This document shows positions 9,952 to 20,300 of a DNA stretch of 50,219 nt, in pieces (the first letter of the stretch is position 1; every line of letters starts with the position of its first letter). Position numbers and translations under genes: made by a program. The stretch is taken from contig JANQHN010000102.1 of assembly GCA_028282665.1 (NCBI GenBank), positions 1 through 50,219 on the forward strand. The letters run 5' to 3'. Below the pieces are notes generated by a model. The model made no database searches. It worked only from the letters and a program-made list of their open reading frames with translations, and had not been told where the DNA came from. The stretch comes from Phycisphaerae bacterium. Its GTDB lineage: Bacteria > Planctomycetota > Phycisphaerae > UBA1845.

Positions 9952-10134
9952 ATGTTTATGAAATCGAGTCGAGTCAATCAACGCCTAAAAAAGGCTATGA
10001 AAACAGTCGCACTTTGTGCCGGTGGCGCGATCATGTTGCAATTCGCAAGCTGCTTGACCAGTTTCTGGCCAAACGCTTTAACGTTCGGCGGATTGTTCGC
10101 TCTGCGTGAAGGCTTGGCACAACTCGGCGGATGA
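9952..10134 (+). CDS. Small putative lipopeptide 3 (~60 aa)
   Basis: AAGGA RBS. Basic N-region, hydrophobic core and GGAIMLQFAS|C. The stop overlaps the next ATG (ATGA). Confidence 0.6.
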   Translation: MFMKSSRVNQRLKKAMKTVALCAGGAIMLQFASCLTSFWPNALTFGGLFALREGLAQLGG

Positions 10135-11477
10135 AACCCATGCCCGGTCAAATCGACTCAGGCTCAAAGCTACTCATGTTGTCGGTGATGTGTCTTACGT
10201 GTATGGCAATCGGTTCGGCTTCAGCGTTACAGCCTGATTCATCTTTGACCTGTCCAGCAAAACCCGGTGAAATCGCCGAGTTGGTACGAGACCTTGAGAG
10301 CGAAGTCTACGACACTCGCACTTTCGCCACGCGGCGGTTATGCGCCATCGGGATTTCTGCCCGCGACGCACTGCGTAAAGCGGCCGATAGCGACAGCTTC
10401 GAGCTCGCCATGCGAGCGGAAGCCGTTTTGGCGATCCTGGACCAAATTCTCTTCTCAGGCGTCGATGTAGAATTGCAATTCAGTGCAGATAAAACCGCCT
10501 GGGATAAACCAGTCGATCTGATCGTGACATTTGCAAATCGATCAAAATACCCCGCCAGACTACCTTTTGCCACCAAATCAATTTCCGAAGAAGGGCAATC
10601 TCGGGAAACGCGGCAGGTGCTGACCATGTTGAACTTTGCTGATTGGCTCGTGGTGCAGCGGATGGGTTCGCAAGCCCCCATGTCGGTGACGGTGGAAGAC
10701 ATAGGCCTGGACAGTACCATTCAAACAGCCGTGGAAAAATCGATCGAATCGACAGAATTCTCCATATTGAAACCAGGAGAGCAGGCGGAAATGCGAATAA
10801 GTCCGTTTAACCGCGGGTTCGCCCGTTACCGCATGCTTGACGAGGGTGTGTATCAGGCGCGTTTCGTTTATCTGCCGGAATGGAATGACCCGGTTTTGTT
10901 GGAAGCGCGCGCAGGTTCAGTGGAAAGCAATGCAGTCCAGATCCAGCTGACAGCCGCAGCACCGCAAACCGTCGCACGACACAATTCGACGGCGAAGCTA
11001 GTGCTCCAGGAAGAAGAACAACAGGTCGTCGCGCGGATCATCAATCGCCATGATTTGCCGATCGTAGTGAATCTCAACGCAGGACCGGCGGTTCCGTTCG
11101 CCCAGATGCGATGGGTCGTCACAACCCAAACAGGCCACGAACGCATGGTTCCAGCATGGGGCGGTACGACGGATACATTGCGTGATTTTAAAGCGAAGCT
11201 GCTCAAGACCGTCCCGCCGGGGGAAGCGGTTATCCTTTTCCAACTACCTAAAAAAGAACTGAGCGAAACAATCGTCAAAGAATTGGGCAAGGATGCAGGC
11301 AAGCCCGTTGCAATCCGACTGCGGTATTCCAACATACTCAGTCGACGTTGGCAACAACTCCGTATCAAAGAAATCAAATCCACGAATCCGGACAATGCGT
11401 TGAACAAGCCAGTCCCTCGTGAATTAATTACGTTGGATCTCATTAGTGATGCGATTACCCTGCGGCATGAACCATAG
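10131..11477 (+). CDS. Secreted hypothetical protein with N-terminal HEAT-like helical segment
   Basis: Signal peptide (LLMLSVMCLTCMAIGSASA); ELVRDLESEVYDTRTFATRRLCAIGISARDALRKAADSDSFELAMRAEAVL is HEAT-like; beta-rich remainder. Confidence 0.7.
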   Translation: MKPMPGQIDSGSKLLMLSVMCLTCMAIGSASALQPDSSLTCPAKPGEIAELVRDLESEVYDTRTFATRRLCAIGISARDALRKAADSDSFELAMRAEAVLAILDQILFSGVDVELQFSADKTAWDKPVDLIVTFANRSKYPARLPFATKSISEEGQSRETRQVLTMLNFADWLVVQRMGSQAPMSVTVEDIGLDSTIQTAVEKSIESTEFSILKPGEQAEMRISPFNRGFARYRMLDEGVYQARFVYLPEWNDPVLLEARAGSVESNAVQIQLTAAAPQTVARHNSTAKLVLQEEEQQVVARIINRHDLPIVVNLNAGPAVPFAQMRWVVTTQTGHERMVPAWGGTTDTLRDFKAKLLKTVPPGEAVILFQLPKKELSETIVKELGKDAGKPVAIRLRYSNILSRRWQQLRIKEIKSTNPDNALNKPVPRELITLDLISDAITLRHEP

Positions 11478-11549
11478 CAACGAAAGAATGGAATCTTTGC
11501 GAGTGTCTCGGCCCGAACCGAGCACTCACGCCTATTCGATGGATCAGCG

Positions 11550-12545
11550 TTGAGCAACCACCCTCACCAGTCCGACCCCGCACGTATGTCGTTTGGGGAG
11601 CACCTCGATGAATTGAGGCAAACCCTGATTTGGGCACTCGCAGGCGTCGTTGTCGGTACTGTGATATGCCTGGCCATCGGCAGGCATATTCTGGCCGTGC
11701 TGTTTCAACCGTTGCTGATTGTGCAAAGCTACAACGGACTCCCTATGGAGTTGCAGGCGCTCGCTCCCGCAGCCGCATTTCTCGCTTATCTCAAAATTGG
11801 GTTTATGTCAGGACTGCTGTTGTCGATGCCCTGGGTGCTCTATCAAGCGTGGCGTTTTATTGCCAGCGGCTTGTATCCGCAGGAGCGCCGATTTGTTCGT
11901 AATCTGGTTCCTGTTTCGTTACTCCTCTTTGTGTTAGGTGTGTTGTTTTTATACTTCATCGTGTTGCCCATCGTTTTGCACTTCTTCATTTCATTCAATA
12001 AACAGTTCGCTCCACCTGAAGTGAAAAACGACGGCTTCTACAGTTGGCTATTGCCCGAAAAAGAGGAGGTCGAAAGCGACGTTTTACCCACACCACTGGA
12101 AATACCGATTCTAGAGGAAGATCCAAAAGAACTGACGGTCGATGCCGTTTGGTTCAACGGGCAGCAGCGTAAGCTGAAAGTGGCGGCGGATGGCAAGGTC
12201 TGGTCCGTCGCCATGCGGAAAGACGATCAATATTCCTCCGTGCAAAGCATGTTCGCGATCGACTTCTACATCAGTTTCGTGCTGTCACTCGCGCTGGCGT
12301 TCGGTATCGCGTTCGAACTACCTGTTGTGGTGTACTTTCTTGCGCGGTCGGGAATCGTGCCGGTGTCGGTCATGGCACGAGGCAGGCGTTACGTGCTGTT
12401 CGGTATCGTGGTGATTGCCGCACTCATGACTCCGCCGGACGTGATTAGTCAACTTTTGCTCGCCGGACCTATGTACCTGCTTTTTGAACTGGGCCTGTTT
12501 ATCGGACGTGGAAAGAAACGGAAACAGCAACGACCAACAGCCTGA
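11550..12545 (+). CDS. tatC: Twin-arginine translocase subunit TatC
   Basis: RMSFGEHLDELR, PWVLYQAWRFIASGLYPQERR, FGIAFELPVV, AALMTPPDVISQLLLAGPMYLLFELG. Confidence 0.95.
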   Translation: MSNHPHQSDPARMSFGEHLDELRQTLIWALAGVVVGTVICLAIGRHILAVLFQPLLIVQSYNGLPMELQALAPAAAFLAYLKIGFMSGLLLSMPWVLYQAWRFIASGLYPQERRFVRNLVPVSLLLFVLGVLFLYFIVLPIVLHFFISFNKQFAPPEVKNDGFYSWLLPEKEEVESDVLPTPLEIPILEEDPKELTVDAVWFNGQQRKLKVAADGKVWSVAMRKDDQYSSVQSMFAIDFYISFVLSLALAFGIAFELPVVVYFLARSGIVPVSVMARGRRYVLFGIVVIAALMTPPDVISQLLLAGPMYLLFELGLFIGRGKKRKQQRPTA

Positions 12546-12581
12546 TTATTCCATTTGTCAACCGGCCAACCGGCTGTCCGC

Positions 12582-13529
12582 CTATTCTAACGCGCCAGTG
12601 AGTTCACGAATGCTGTTTACCCGTTTTCGCTGGAGATAATCGGTAAGCCCTGCACAGATCCGGGTAGGCACGGTTGGATCAACGAAAAGCGACGTGCCCA
12701 CGGCCACTGCAGTCGCCCCAGCAAGCATGAACTCGACTGCATCCTGCCAGGTCGCAATCCCCCCCATTCCGATGATGGGTACGCCCGCGCTTTTGGCGAC
12801 GTTGTTGTAAATGCTGTTCACCATGAAGAGCGCCACCGGCTTGATTGCGGGACCGGAGAGCCCGCCGCAACGGTTGGCAATCATCGGCTTTCTGGTGTCG
12901 ACGTCGATCGCCATGGCCCGTAACGTATTGATGACGGAGAGCGCATCCGCACCTTGATCAACGGCAGCGGCGGCGATTTCATTCACGTCGGTCACGTTAG
13001 GCGACACTTTTACAATCAACTTGGCCCGCTTAACCTCCGATCTCACCTGAGCGACAAGTTCCCGCAACCGCTTCGCGTCGGTTCCGAATTCCAACCCGTC
13101 CGACACATTGGGGCAGGACACGTTCAACTCCAAACCCGCAATGCAATCGATTTTGTCCAATGCGACACATACGGTGAGGTAGTCGTCGACGCTATGGCCG
13201 GCCACGTTGACTATGACGGGTGCCTGCAACTTCGACAGGTACGGTACCTTTTCCGCAATAAAGCGTTCCATGCCTACATTCGCCAACCCGATCGCGTTGA
13301 TCATTCCTCCCGGCGTCTCCACAACTCGGGGCGGCTTATTACCTCTTCGCGGTAGCGGAGTCACTGCTTTGGTCACAAAAGCACCGAGTGAATCGATGCG
13401 AAGAACCGGTTCATACTCCGGACCATAGCCACTCGTTCCCGAGGCGGTCATAATCGGATTCTTCATCGCAAGTCCCGCCAGATCCACCGACAGGTCAGGT
13501 GATTTCGTGATTGGCTCGTTGGTTGTCAT
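12582..13529 (-). CDS. pyrD: Dihydroorotate dehydrogenase, class 1B catalytic subunit
   Basis: KNPIMTASGT, RRGNKPPRVVETPGGMINAIGLANVG, ELNVSCPNV, VKVSPNVTD, INTL, GGLSGPAIKPVAL, IIGMGGI; start placed at ATG 13529. Confidence 0.95.
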   Translation of the reverse strand: MTTNEPITKSPDLSVDLAGLAMKNPIMTASGTSGYGPEYEPVLRIDSLGAFVTKAVTPLPRRGNKPPRVVETPGGMINAIGLANVGMERFIAEKVPYLSKLQAPVIVNVAGHSVDDYLTVCVALDKIDCIAGLELNVSCPNVSDGLEFGTDAKRLRELVAQVRSEVKRAKLIVKVSPNVTDVNEIAAAAVDQGADALSVINTLRAMAIDVDTRKPMIANRCGGLSGPAIKPVALFMVNSIYNNVAKSAGVPIIGMGGIATWQDAVEFMLAGATAVAVGTSLFVDPTVPTRICAGLTDYLQRKRVNSIRELTGALE

Positions 13530-13654
13530 TGAGTGCAGGATGGACGTTTGCAGCCGCCGTGTCAACGACACTGGAAGAAGATGCATGGAACCCCAGTTGG
13601 CCTTGTGAGAACGTGGGCATACAATGAAGCCGATCACGAGTGAGAGGTTGTATC

Positions 13655-14173
13655 ATGACAGAGAAAGATTCACGAATCGCTCTATTCCCCGGAGCTTTCG
13701 ACCCAGTCACCCACGGTCATCTGGACATTATCGAGCGGGCGGCAAAGCTATACGACCGCTTGGTCGTTGCGATCGGCATCAACCCGCTCAAACAAACCAT
13801 CTTTACGCCCGAAGAGCGTGCCGAAATGCTGTCCGCCCATACGAGCCCGCTAAACAACGTCAAGGTTCGCACTTATGAAGACCTTACGGTTGAGTTTGCG
13901 AAGCAGGTCGGTGCGGGGGTCATTTTGCGTGGCATCCGCGACACCGTAGATCTCCACAATGAGCTGCAAATTGCCAATACCAACCTGATTATTGGCGGAA
14001 TCGAAACCATGTTCCTCATGACAAGCCACGAACATGTCTTGACTTCCAGTTCGCTGATCAAACAAATTGTGGAAATCGGAGGTTACGATTCAAATCGAAT
14101 TGCGAAACTTGTCCCTTTGGATGTAGCCACCAAGCTGGAAAAACGACTCCGCGCCGCGAAGTCGAACGACTAA
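13655..14173 (+). CDS. coaD: Phosphopantetheine adenylyltransferase
   Basis: ALFPGAFDPVTHGHLDII, ILRGIR, IETMFL, SSSLIKQI; GAGAGG RBS. Confidence 0.96.
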   Translation: MTEKDSRIALFPGAFDPVTHGHLDIIERAAKLYDRLVVAIGINPLKQTIFTPEERAEMLSAHTSPLNNVKVRTYEDLTVEFAKQVGAGVILRGIRDTVDLHNELQIANTNLIIGGIETMFLMTSHEHVLTSSSLIKQIVEIGGYDSNRIAKLVPLDVATKLEKRLRAAKSND

Positions 14174-14328
14174 GCAACGCGCCGTTTATGGCGCACATCC
14201 ATTCCAGCGCATCTCCAAGATGCATTCCAATCCCCCCACACCTCTAGAACACTCAACCGACAGCCGATAACCAAGATGGAGAATCCACGCACGGTGACGT
14301 ATCACTGCCGTCGCAGGAGGTCGGTAGA

Positions 14329-15231
14329 ATGCTTACAGGTAAATGCTTCGACAACCAGGGCGACAACAGCGTCTCAACGATGCAGCTACCGGATTCTAAT
14401 GTGAACCCTCGCACCTCACGGACGAACAACGTCCAGCCTGCAACGAAAACACTTGATCCGGCCAGCGACAGTTCGACTGAACCGACTTATTTCGATAAGG
14501 CTCGCGCAAAACTCGAAGCACATGCCCGCACGTGGGAGAACCGCCCGCTGGTCCGAGAGCTGTACGCCGGCTACCACCGTATGATCGAAGAGGCGCTAAG
14601 CGCCGTTGCGGGAGCGAACCTGGAGGTCGGTTCCGGCACGGGGCAGTTCGCCACCTATATGCCCAACACGCTGCTGTGCGACCTCGTGCCGTGTTCCTGG
14701 TTAGACCTCGCGGCTGATGCAACGCACCTGCCATTCAATAACGAAACGCTGGCTAATCTGATTCTGCTTGATGTCCTGCACCATATCGATGACGTACGCC
14801 GGTTTTTCGCAGAAACGCAACGCACACTCGCGCCAGGCGGACGAATCATCATGGTGGAGCCCTATTCGTCACCAATCAGTTGGCTGGCGTGGCGGTTCAT
14901 TCACGAAGAAGACATCGATCATAAGGCCAATCCTTTGGAAGGTCCCGCGTTGACTTGCCCCAACTCGGACGATCCCTGGACCGCGAACATCGCCATCCCC
15001 ACCCTTTTGTTTTGGCGCGACCTGACACGGTTCCATACTGAATACCCGGGTTTGCGCGTCGTGACTCGACACCGCTTCGACACAATCGTCATGCCGCTTA
15101 GCGGTGGATTCGAACAACGACCAATCCTCCCGCACTTCCTCGCACCATTCATGCGTGTTCTGGAACGTGCAATCTCGCCGCTGAATCCGATACTCGCGTA
15201 CCGCTGTTTCGTGGTTGTTGAGAAGAAGTAG
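14329..15231 (+). CDS. Class I SAM-dependent methyltransferase
   Basis: LEVGSGTG, ADATHLPFNNET, LDVLHHIDD, RTLAPGGRIIMVEP; start uncertain. Confidence 0.88.
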   Translation: MLTGKCFDNQGDNSVSTMQLPDSNVNPRTSRTNNVQPATKTLDPASDSSTEPTYFDKARAKLEAHARTWENRPLVRELYAGYHRMIEEALSAVAGANLEVGSGTGQFATYMPNTLLCDLVPCSWLDLAADATHLPFNNETLANLILLDVLHHIDDVRRFFAETQRTLAPGGRIIMVEPYSSPISWLAWRFIHEEDIDHKANPLEGPALTCPNSDDPWTANIAIPTLLFWRDLTRFHTEYPGLRVVTRHRFDTIVMPLSGGFEQRPILPHFLAPFMRVLERAISPLNPILAYRCFVVVEKK

Positions 15232-15248
15232 AGAATTCCCGGCTGCAC

Positions 15249-17147
15249 TTACGGCACCGTAAACGTCGAAGCAAGGGACTCACGTTCACTGGTTCGCAAG
15301 CCCTTGACACGAAAAACCGAAATGTCAATGTTCGACAATTCGTGGATTTCGAGCCTCTCCACCAACCATTCATCTCCCCAGACGCTCGTCGCTACGAAAT
15401 TGTTTCCATCAAGCGGCGTAAGCTTCGTACGAACTTCTCCGGATGTAATGTAGTAGGCGGGCGTAAGATCGGCTCCGCAAGCGTACCGAAGCGCCGGCGG
15501 TGTATCCGGAAGAGAGCGGTAGTTCTTTTCCGGCGTGTATTCACACCAGTCGCGAACCTGCATGAAGTAACCGGAATCCTCATTCTGGGCCCAGTAGTCG
15601 GTCATGATAAACTCGGAATCGCCCAAACGGGGCGTGTACCGTGCGGTGATGTCAGCCAATAGTTGGCACCGGGCATAATTGTACCATGCAGCCTGCAAGG
15701 CTGTGACAGTCGGAGTAGCGGCAACGACCACGACAACGAGGCTCGCGACGGCTTTCGGACCGACAAACGCGAATGAATCACGCTTAGATTGCTCGGCATG
15801 ACGTTCCGTAGGTCGCCGCAACACTTGCGAAAAGGCCATTAGCATAAGTGGGATGAGCAGTGCGACCGCGGAACCATAGTGATGCACCGACCCATGAACC
15901 GCTGCTCGCATTCCAGCCAGAGCAAACATCGTCGCTCCCGCAACTCCCCAGATAAGATACACATACCTGCGAGCCCGGAAACAACGGAACGCACCTACTG
16001 CCGCCAACAGGACAAGCGGCAATTGGAACAATAGACCAGGATTTTTCCATTGATTCCAAATGGCCGCGATTGCCTGAGCCGGGTCGAACCCGCTATTCAC
16101 CCCCCGCCCGGTCAAAGCATAGGAGATGAACCGGAGCATCATGACGATTTGATCCATCAGGAAGGCGTTAGGCAATACCATTCCGGCTAAGACCGCAAGC
16201 CAAACTACCGGCCACATGGGGTGAACGACAAATCGTATGACCGGGTGTTGCGGAGCGACTCGCGTAAACCACGCGACTCCAGGAATGCTGAAGACTATAG
16301 CAAACAAAACGACTGTTGCGCGGTGATCCCAACCAAGGGATGGGCGCCATCGATTCGTAACGATCACTACAACGCCATAAAAGACAATCGACAGCAATAC
16401 AAGCCGTCGCTTTGCAGTCCAAAATCTAACTGCGGCATCTTTCAACCGGCTTGTCCAATTTTCCGAGTACAAAAAGCCCACACCAAGCAGCAGCGCGGGT
16501 AACAAACCGACCGCATGGACTTTCGTCGTAATGGTCAGACCCGTAAGAAAGGCGGCACCGATCAAACGAACCACACACCTGCGATGCACCGCTTCTGTAA
16601 TGAGATAGACAACGAGAATGCTCAAACTCGCCAGGGGAAGATCGGGCCTGTACATGATCGCACGGCCCAGATGACCTATGCACGCCGCGTACAGCAGTGT
16701 CGCTAAGACGCCCCACTCCCAATGCCCGAAAATGCGGCGAGAAACCTCATGTACAGTAATGATTCCCAAGATGAAAAAGATCGCCGCCCACCCCCTAATC
16801 ATCCAGAGGTATTCACCCATGTTGGCCAGCAGGTTCTCCACATAGATCGTTCGCGAGATGGGGTGATACAAGCTCTGTACGGCGTGATCCGCAGCAATTG
16901 TAAAAGTCAGGAGAATTTGTAGGGGCATGCCCGGATGATCGAAATAGAGTGTAGGTCTGCCCGCGTAAAGATTGGCTGCACTTCCCAGATAAGAACCATC
17001 ACAATCAAGCGTAAGCCACCAAGGTGTAGCAGGCTGAATCAGAATCAAAATCACGGCAAACGAAACGCAAAACAGCAGCGAGAGCACGCGCGCTGTTCGG
17101 CCGCCCGATCGATCGCCATGCAGCCCGTGGGAGTCCAAATCACTCAT
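15249..17147 (-). CDS. Polytopic membrane protein, GT-C (ArnT/PMT-like) glycosyltransferase-like
   Basis: Acidic motif after TM1 (TLDCDGSY), FDHPG, YRPD, GLTITTKVHA, ~12 hydrophobic segments and a soluble C-terminal domain. Confidence 0.7.
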   Translation of the reverse strand: MSDLDSHGLHGDRSGGRTARVLSLLFCVSFAVILILIQPATPWWLTLDCDGSYLGSAANLYAGRPTLYFDHPGMPLQILLTFTIAADHAVQSLYHPISRTIYVENLLANMGEYLWMIRGWAAIFFILGIITVHEVSRRIFGHWEWGVLATLLYAACIGHLGRAIMYRPDLPLASLSILVVYLITEAVHRRCVVRLIGAAFLTGLTITTKVHAVGLLPALLLGVGFLYSENWTSRLKDAAVRFWTAKRRLVLLSIVFYGVVVIVTNRWRPSLGWDHRATVVLFAIVFSIPGVAWFTRVAPQHPVIRFVVHPMWPVVWLAVLAGMVLPNAFLMDQIVMMLRFISYALTGRGVNSGFDPAQAIAAIWNQWKNPGLLFQLPLVLLAAVGAFRCFRARRYVYLIWGVAGATMFALAGMRAAVHGSVHHYGSAVALLIPLMLMAFSQVLRRPTERHAEQSKRDSFAFVGPKAVASLVVVVVAATPTVTALQAAWYNYARCQLLADITARYTPRLGDSEFIMTDYWAQNEDSGYFMQVRDWCEYTPEKNYRSLPDTPPALRYACGADLTPAYYITSGEVRTKLTPLDGNNFVATSVWGDEWLVERLEIHELSNIDISVFRVKGLRTSERESLASTFTVP

Positions 17148-17309
17148 GTCAGATGCCTCTTCGATTCGCCGCGTGGATTGGTTCGCAGTGATCTACCTCG
17201 CACTTCTTATCGGACATCAATCGAATTCGATGAAGATTGGATCTTTGAGATGTTTAGGACACAAGGGCTGTATACGGTCGGCGATTATCCATACACAATG
17301 GATGGACCA

Positions 17310-20300
17310 CTAACCGCCCGCAAGCAAGTCGACGAAAAAGAGCAAATCGAGAAGGTCAATACTGATATCGCCATTGAAGTCGAACTGGTTACAACCAATA
17401 CCCATCACGGCATTCGGTCCGCTCAAACAGTCGTACATCAGTGCGAAGTCATCCAGATCCACATCGCCGTCGAAATCGCCATCGCCGTCGGATTTCACGA
17501 TTCGCACCACTCGGAAGCCGATTTCGTCGCTGGTAAATCCGGCCGGCGCGAATGTTCGAAATGACGCTTCACACCCAAGCCAGCCCGAACCGGGCCTGTT
17601 CCAACTTCCGCCGCGAATCGTTCGGTTCGCGATACTGTTGGGGTTGGTATTGAATCGCCCCTGCACCCACTCGTAGAGATTGCCGGACAGGTCGTAAAGA
17701 CCAAAGCTGTTTTCGTTGCCGGCGGTGGCGAATGTTCCGCCGTGGTCACTGCCGTCATAGTACGCGACCGGTGCCGGACCGTTGTCATACGGATCGCCGC
17801 TGTTGATATAGTTGGCATCTTCTGCGGAAATGGTATTGCGACCGAAGCCAAAAACAGTGTTCGCTCCCAAGTCCTCGCTCCAGGCCGCCGCCTTGTACCA
17901 TTCATTGTAATCATCTGCGCTGTCGGTATTCACGGAAATATTGTTGTAGCCCTCATCCATCGGTAAGCGATACCCGCGATAACCAGCGATAAGCGAAGCC
18001 CGCTCGATGTCATTCAAATCGCGCAAGGCCCAGTTAGCTTCGCTAATGGAACTCGGTCGCCAATCGGTCAGCGTCGTTTCCGTCGCTTCGTGGTAACAGC
18101 GCTCGCCCGGCAGCATGCCTTGATCCAACGTCAGCCAATTGCAGTATTTCACCGCTCCGTACCAACTCACACCGGCAACCGGCAAATCGGCGACCGAACC
18201 GTTAAGCAAAGCATACGCGCCATCCTGAAAATAAATGTGACCCGTTTCGTTCGGATCAAACATCACCGCGGTCAGCACATCCTCCCCGGACGCCCCTTCC
18301 CGCGTCGCCCCGACATACACGACTCCGGAGCTTGTGTTGAAATACATAAACTCCCCGCGCTCGTTGGCGGGATTCGCGAGAGCGTCGTTGAGAAACACAT
18401 GAAATTCCGCATTCGTGACCTCTGTCGGAACCATGACAAATGAATAGGCAGGACCAAGCGGCTGAACCTTACTGCGCGGGACCGCGTTTTCCTCCTGTAC
18501 GAACTGCGGTGTAACAACATGCAGCGTTACATCGCGCGTGCTGACATCGCCGTTTTCTCCATCCCAGCTCACTTCGACCGCGACTTGGTACTCTCCTTCC
18601 GCAAGTGCCGCAGCGGCTATAGGATCGATAGCTACCCAAAGCGTCGTCGACTCACCCGAATTTAAGTTCCCCCCTGCAACATTCGCACCATTTAGCATGA
18701 GCCAATTGACCGACGGATTCGTCTGCGCTGTCCAATTCAGCGCGGTGCCGCCTTCGCGATTGATTAGTTCATACGCTTTCGACGCGGGATAGAAAGGCCC
18801 CACACCGGCAGGTCCGGATGCTTCCAAGGATTCCGCGGGGAATACGGATATCGTTCCACTCGCACCAACGGTAAGTTCCACGGAACGCTCAATCGCCACA
18901 TTGGTCAACGTGTCTAGAAAGGTAATCGTACCCGTGTAGCTATCCGGATAGAGCGTGTCCGCGATCTCATTCACGGATACGTTCACATCCGTTTGTTCGT
19001 TCGCAAGAAGCAGTTCCTCGCTGCTGCCCAAGTCAAGCCAATCCACGTCCGTAGTGATCTGCACGGTAATCGCCACTGAGGCGTGCCGATTGGTGAGGGT
19101 GTAAATCTGCTGATCGCCCGGTGTGGCGGACCATGATCCATCCTCATCTTCCTCAGGAACCACTTCGACCGGTTCCTTGACCTCCAACGATAGAGGCGTA
19201 TCGATGGTACGACTCAAGTCGCCGTTCGCCGTATCCGTCCATTGGAAACTCAGATTGATGTCGTATTCGCCTACTGCGAAGCTGTCGGCCTCTCCTGCGA
19301 TACTGACATCGAACGGGCCGATCACTTCGGTCGATGCGATGCTGCCATTGATGGGATCATCGCCGTCGAGGTCCATCCATGTCGCAGTCAATGACACCTC
19401 GTAGTCGAGCGTCATGAAAGAGACGTTTGTATATTCGAACGCACGGCTTGCCGTTTGATCGAACGCATAAAACGGTCCGCCGAAGTAACCTGTGAACTTC
19501 TGCGGATCGGCATCGAGTTTGTTTACTTCGATGGGCTCGCCGATATCTGCGCGAAGTTCACGCGTCTGCGTCACCGAGTGGGTGCTATCTTCGATCGTAA
19601 CCGTTGAGGTGTATTCACCTGGAGCGAGTGTTTGTGCATCTGCGTTCGTTTGAACATCAAATTCCATCGACTCACCGCCGGCCAGAGTTCCTTCCAGGAA
19701 CTGTGAAGCCGGCTCCTGTGAACCCACCTCAATAAGATCGATCCAGATTTCCGCCACACTTACCGCAAAATCCACCGAATTCTCGGAGAGATTCTCCACC
19801 AAATATCGTTTGGCGGGTTCAGGATGCCCTATCATACCTTCTCCGTAAACGACACTTAGCGCAGGTAAATCGTTCTGCGGACCGGCAGCCAGCGCGGGGT
19901 GAAGGTCGAGAATCACGAACCGTTCATAAGTTTTTTTTGATTGAGCATCCGTAATCGTGATCTTCGCGATATGCCCTGTCCCGCGGACCGTACGGAAACC
20001 GGTGTGGTCATTTGAATCTTCGGGAAGTACAGGATCACGGGCATTGTTGCGTAACGAGTCACCGGCCGCGGGGTCAAGGAAGCTCCCACCACGTATCGTG
20101 AAAGGTGCGGCGATGTCGGGCGTGAACAACTCGCTCGTCCACTCCGCGACGTTGCCACACAGGTCATACAGGCCAAATACGTTGTCAGTGTCGAACGTCA
20201 GCGTTTGACCATCAGCGAGTGAGTTCTCGCCATCGAAGAAGGCGATCGAGGTCGTGCCGTCCTCTTCGGTATCGCCACTCGAGAGGAAATTCGCATCGGG

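Noticed and set aside
9050-10134. RiPP precursor cluster
   Set aside because: No radical SAM, YcaO, LanM, peptidase or ABC exporter nearby; the N-termini look like lipoprotein signals rather than leader peptides.
16935-17564. Many 60-240 aa ORFs overlapping assigned genes (e.g. 16935-17564, 10868-11557, 42023-42757)
   Set aside because: Alternate-frame or antisense shadows of well-supported CDSs, with no motifs.
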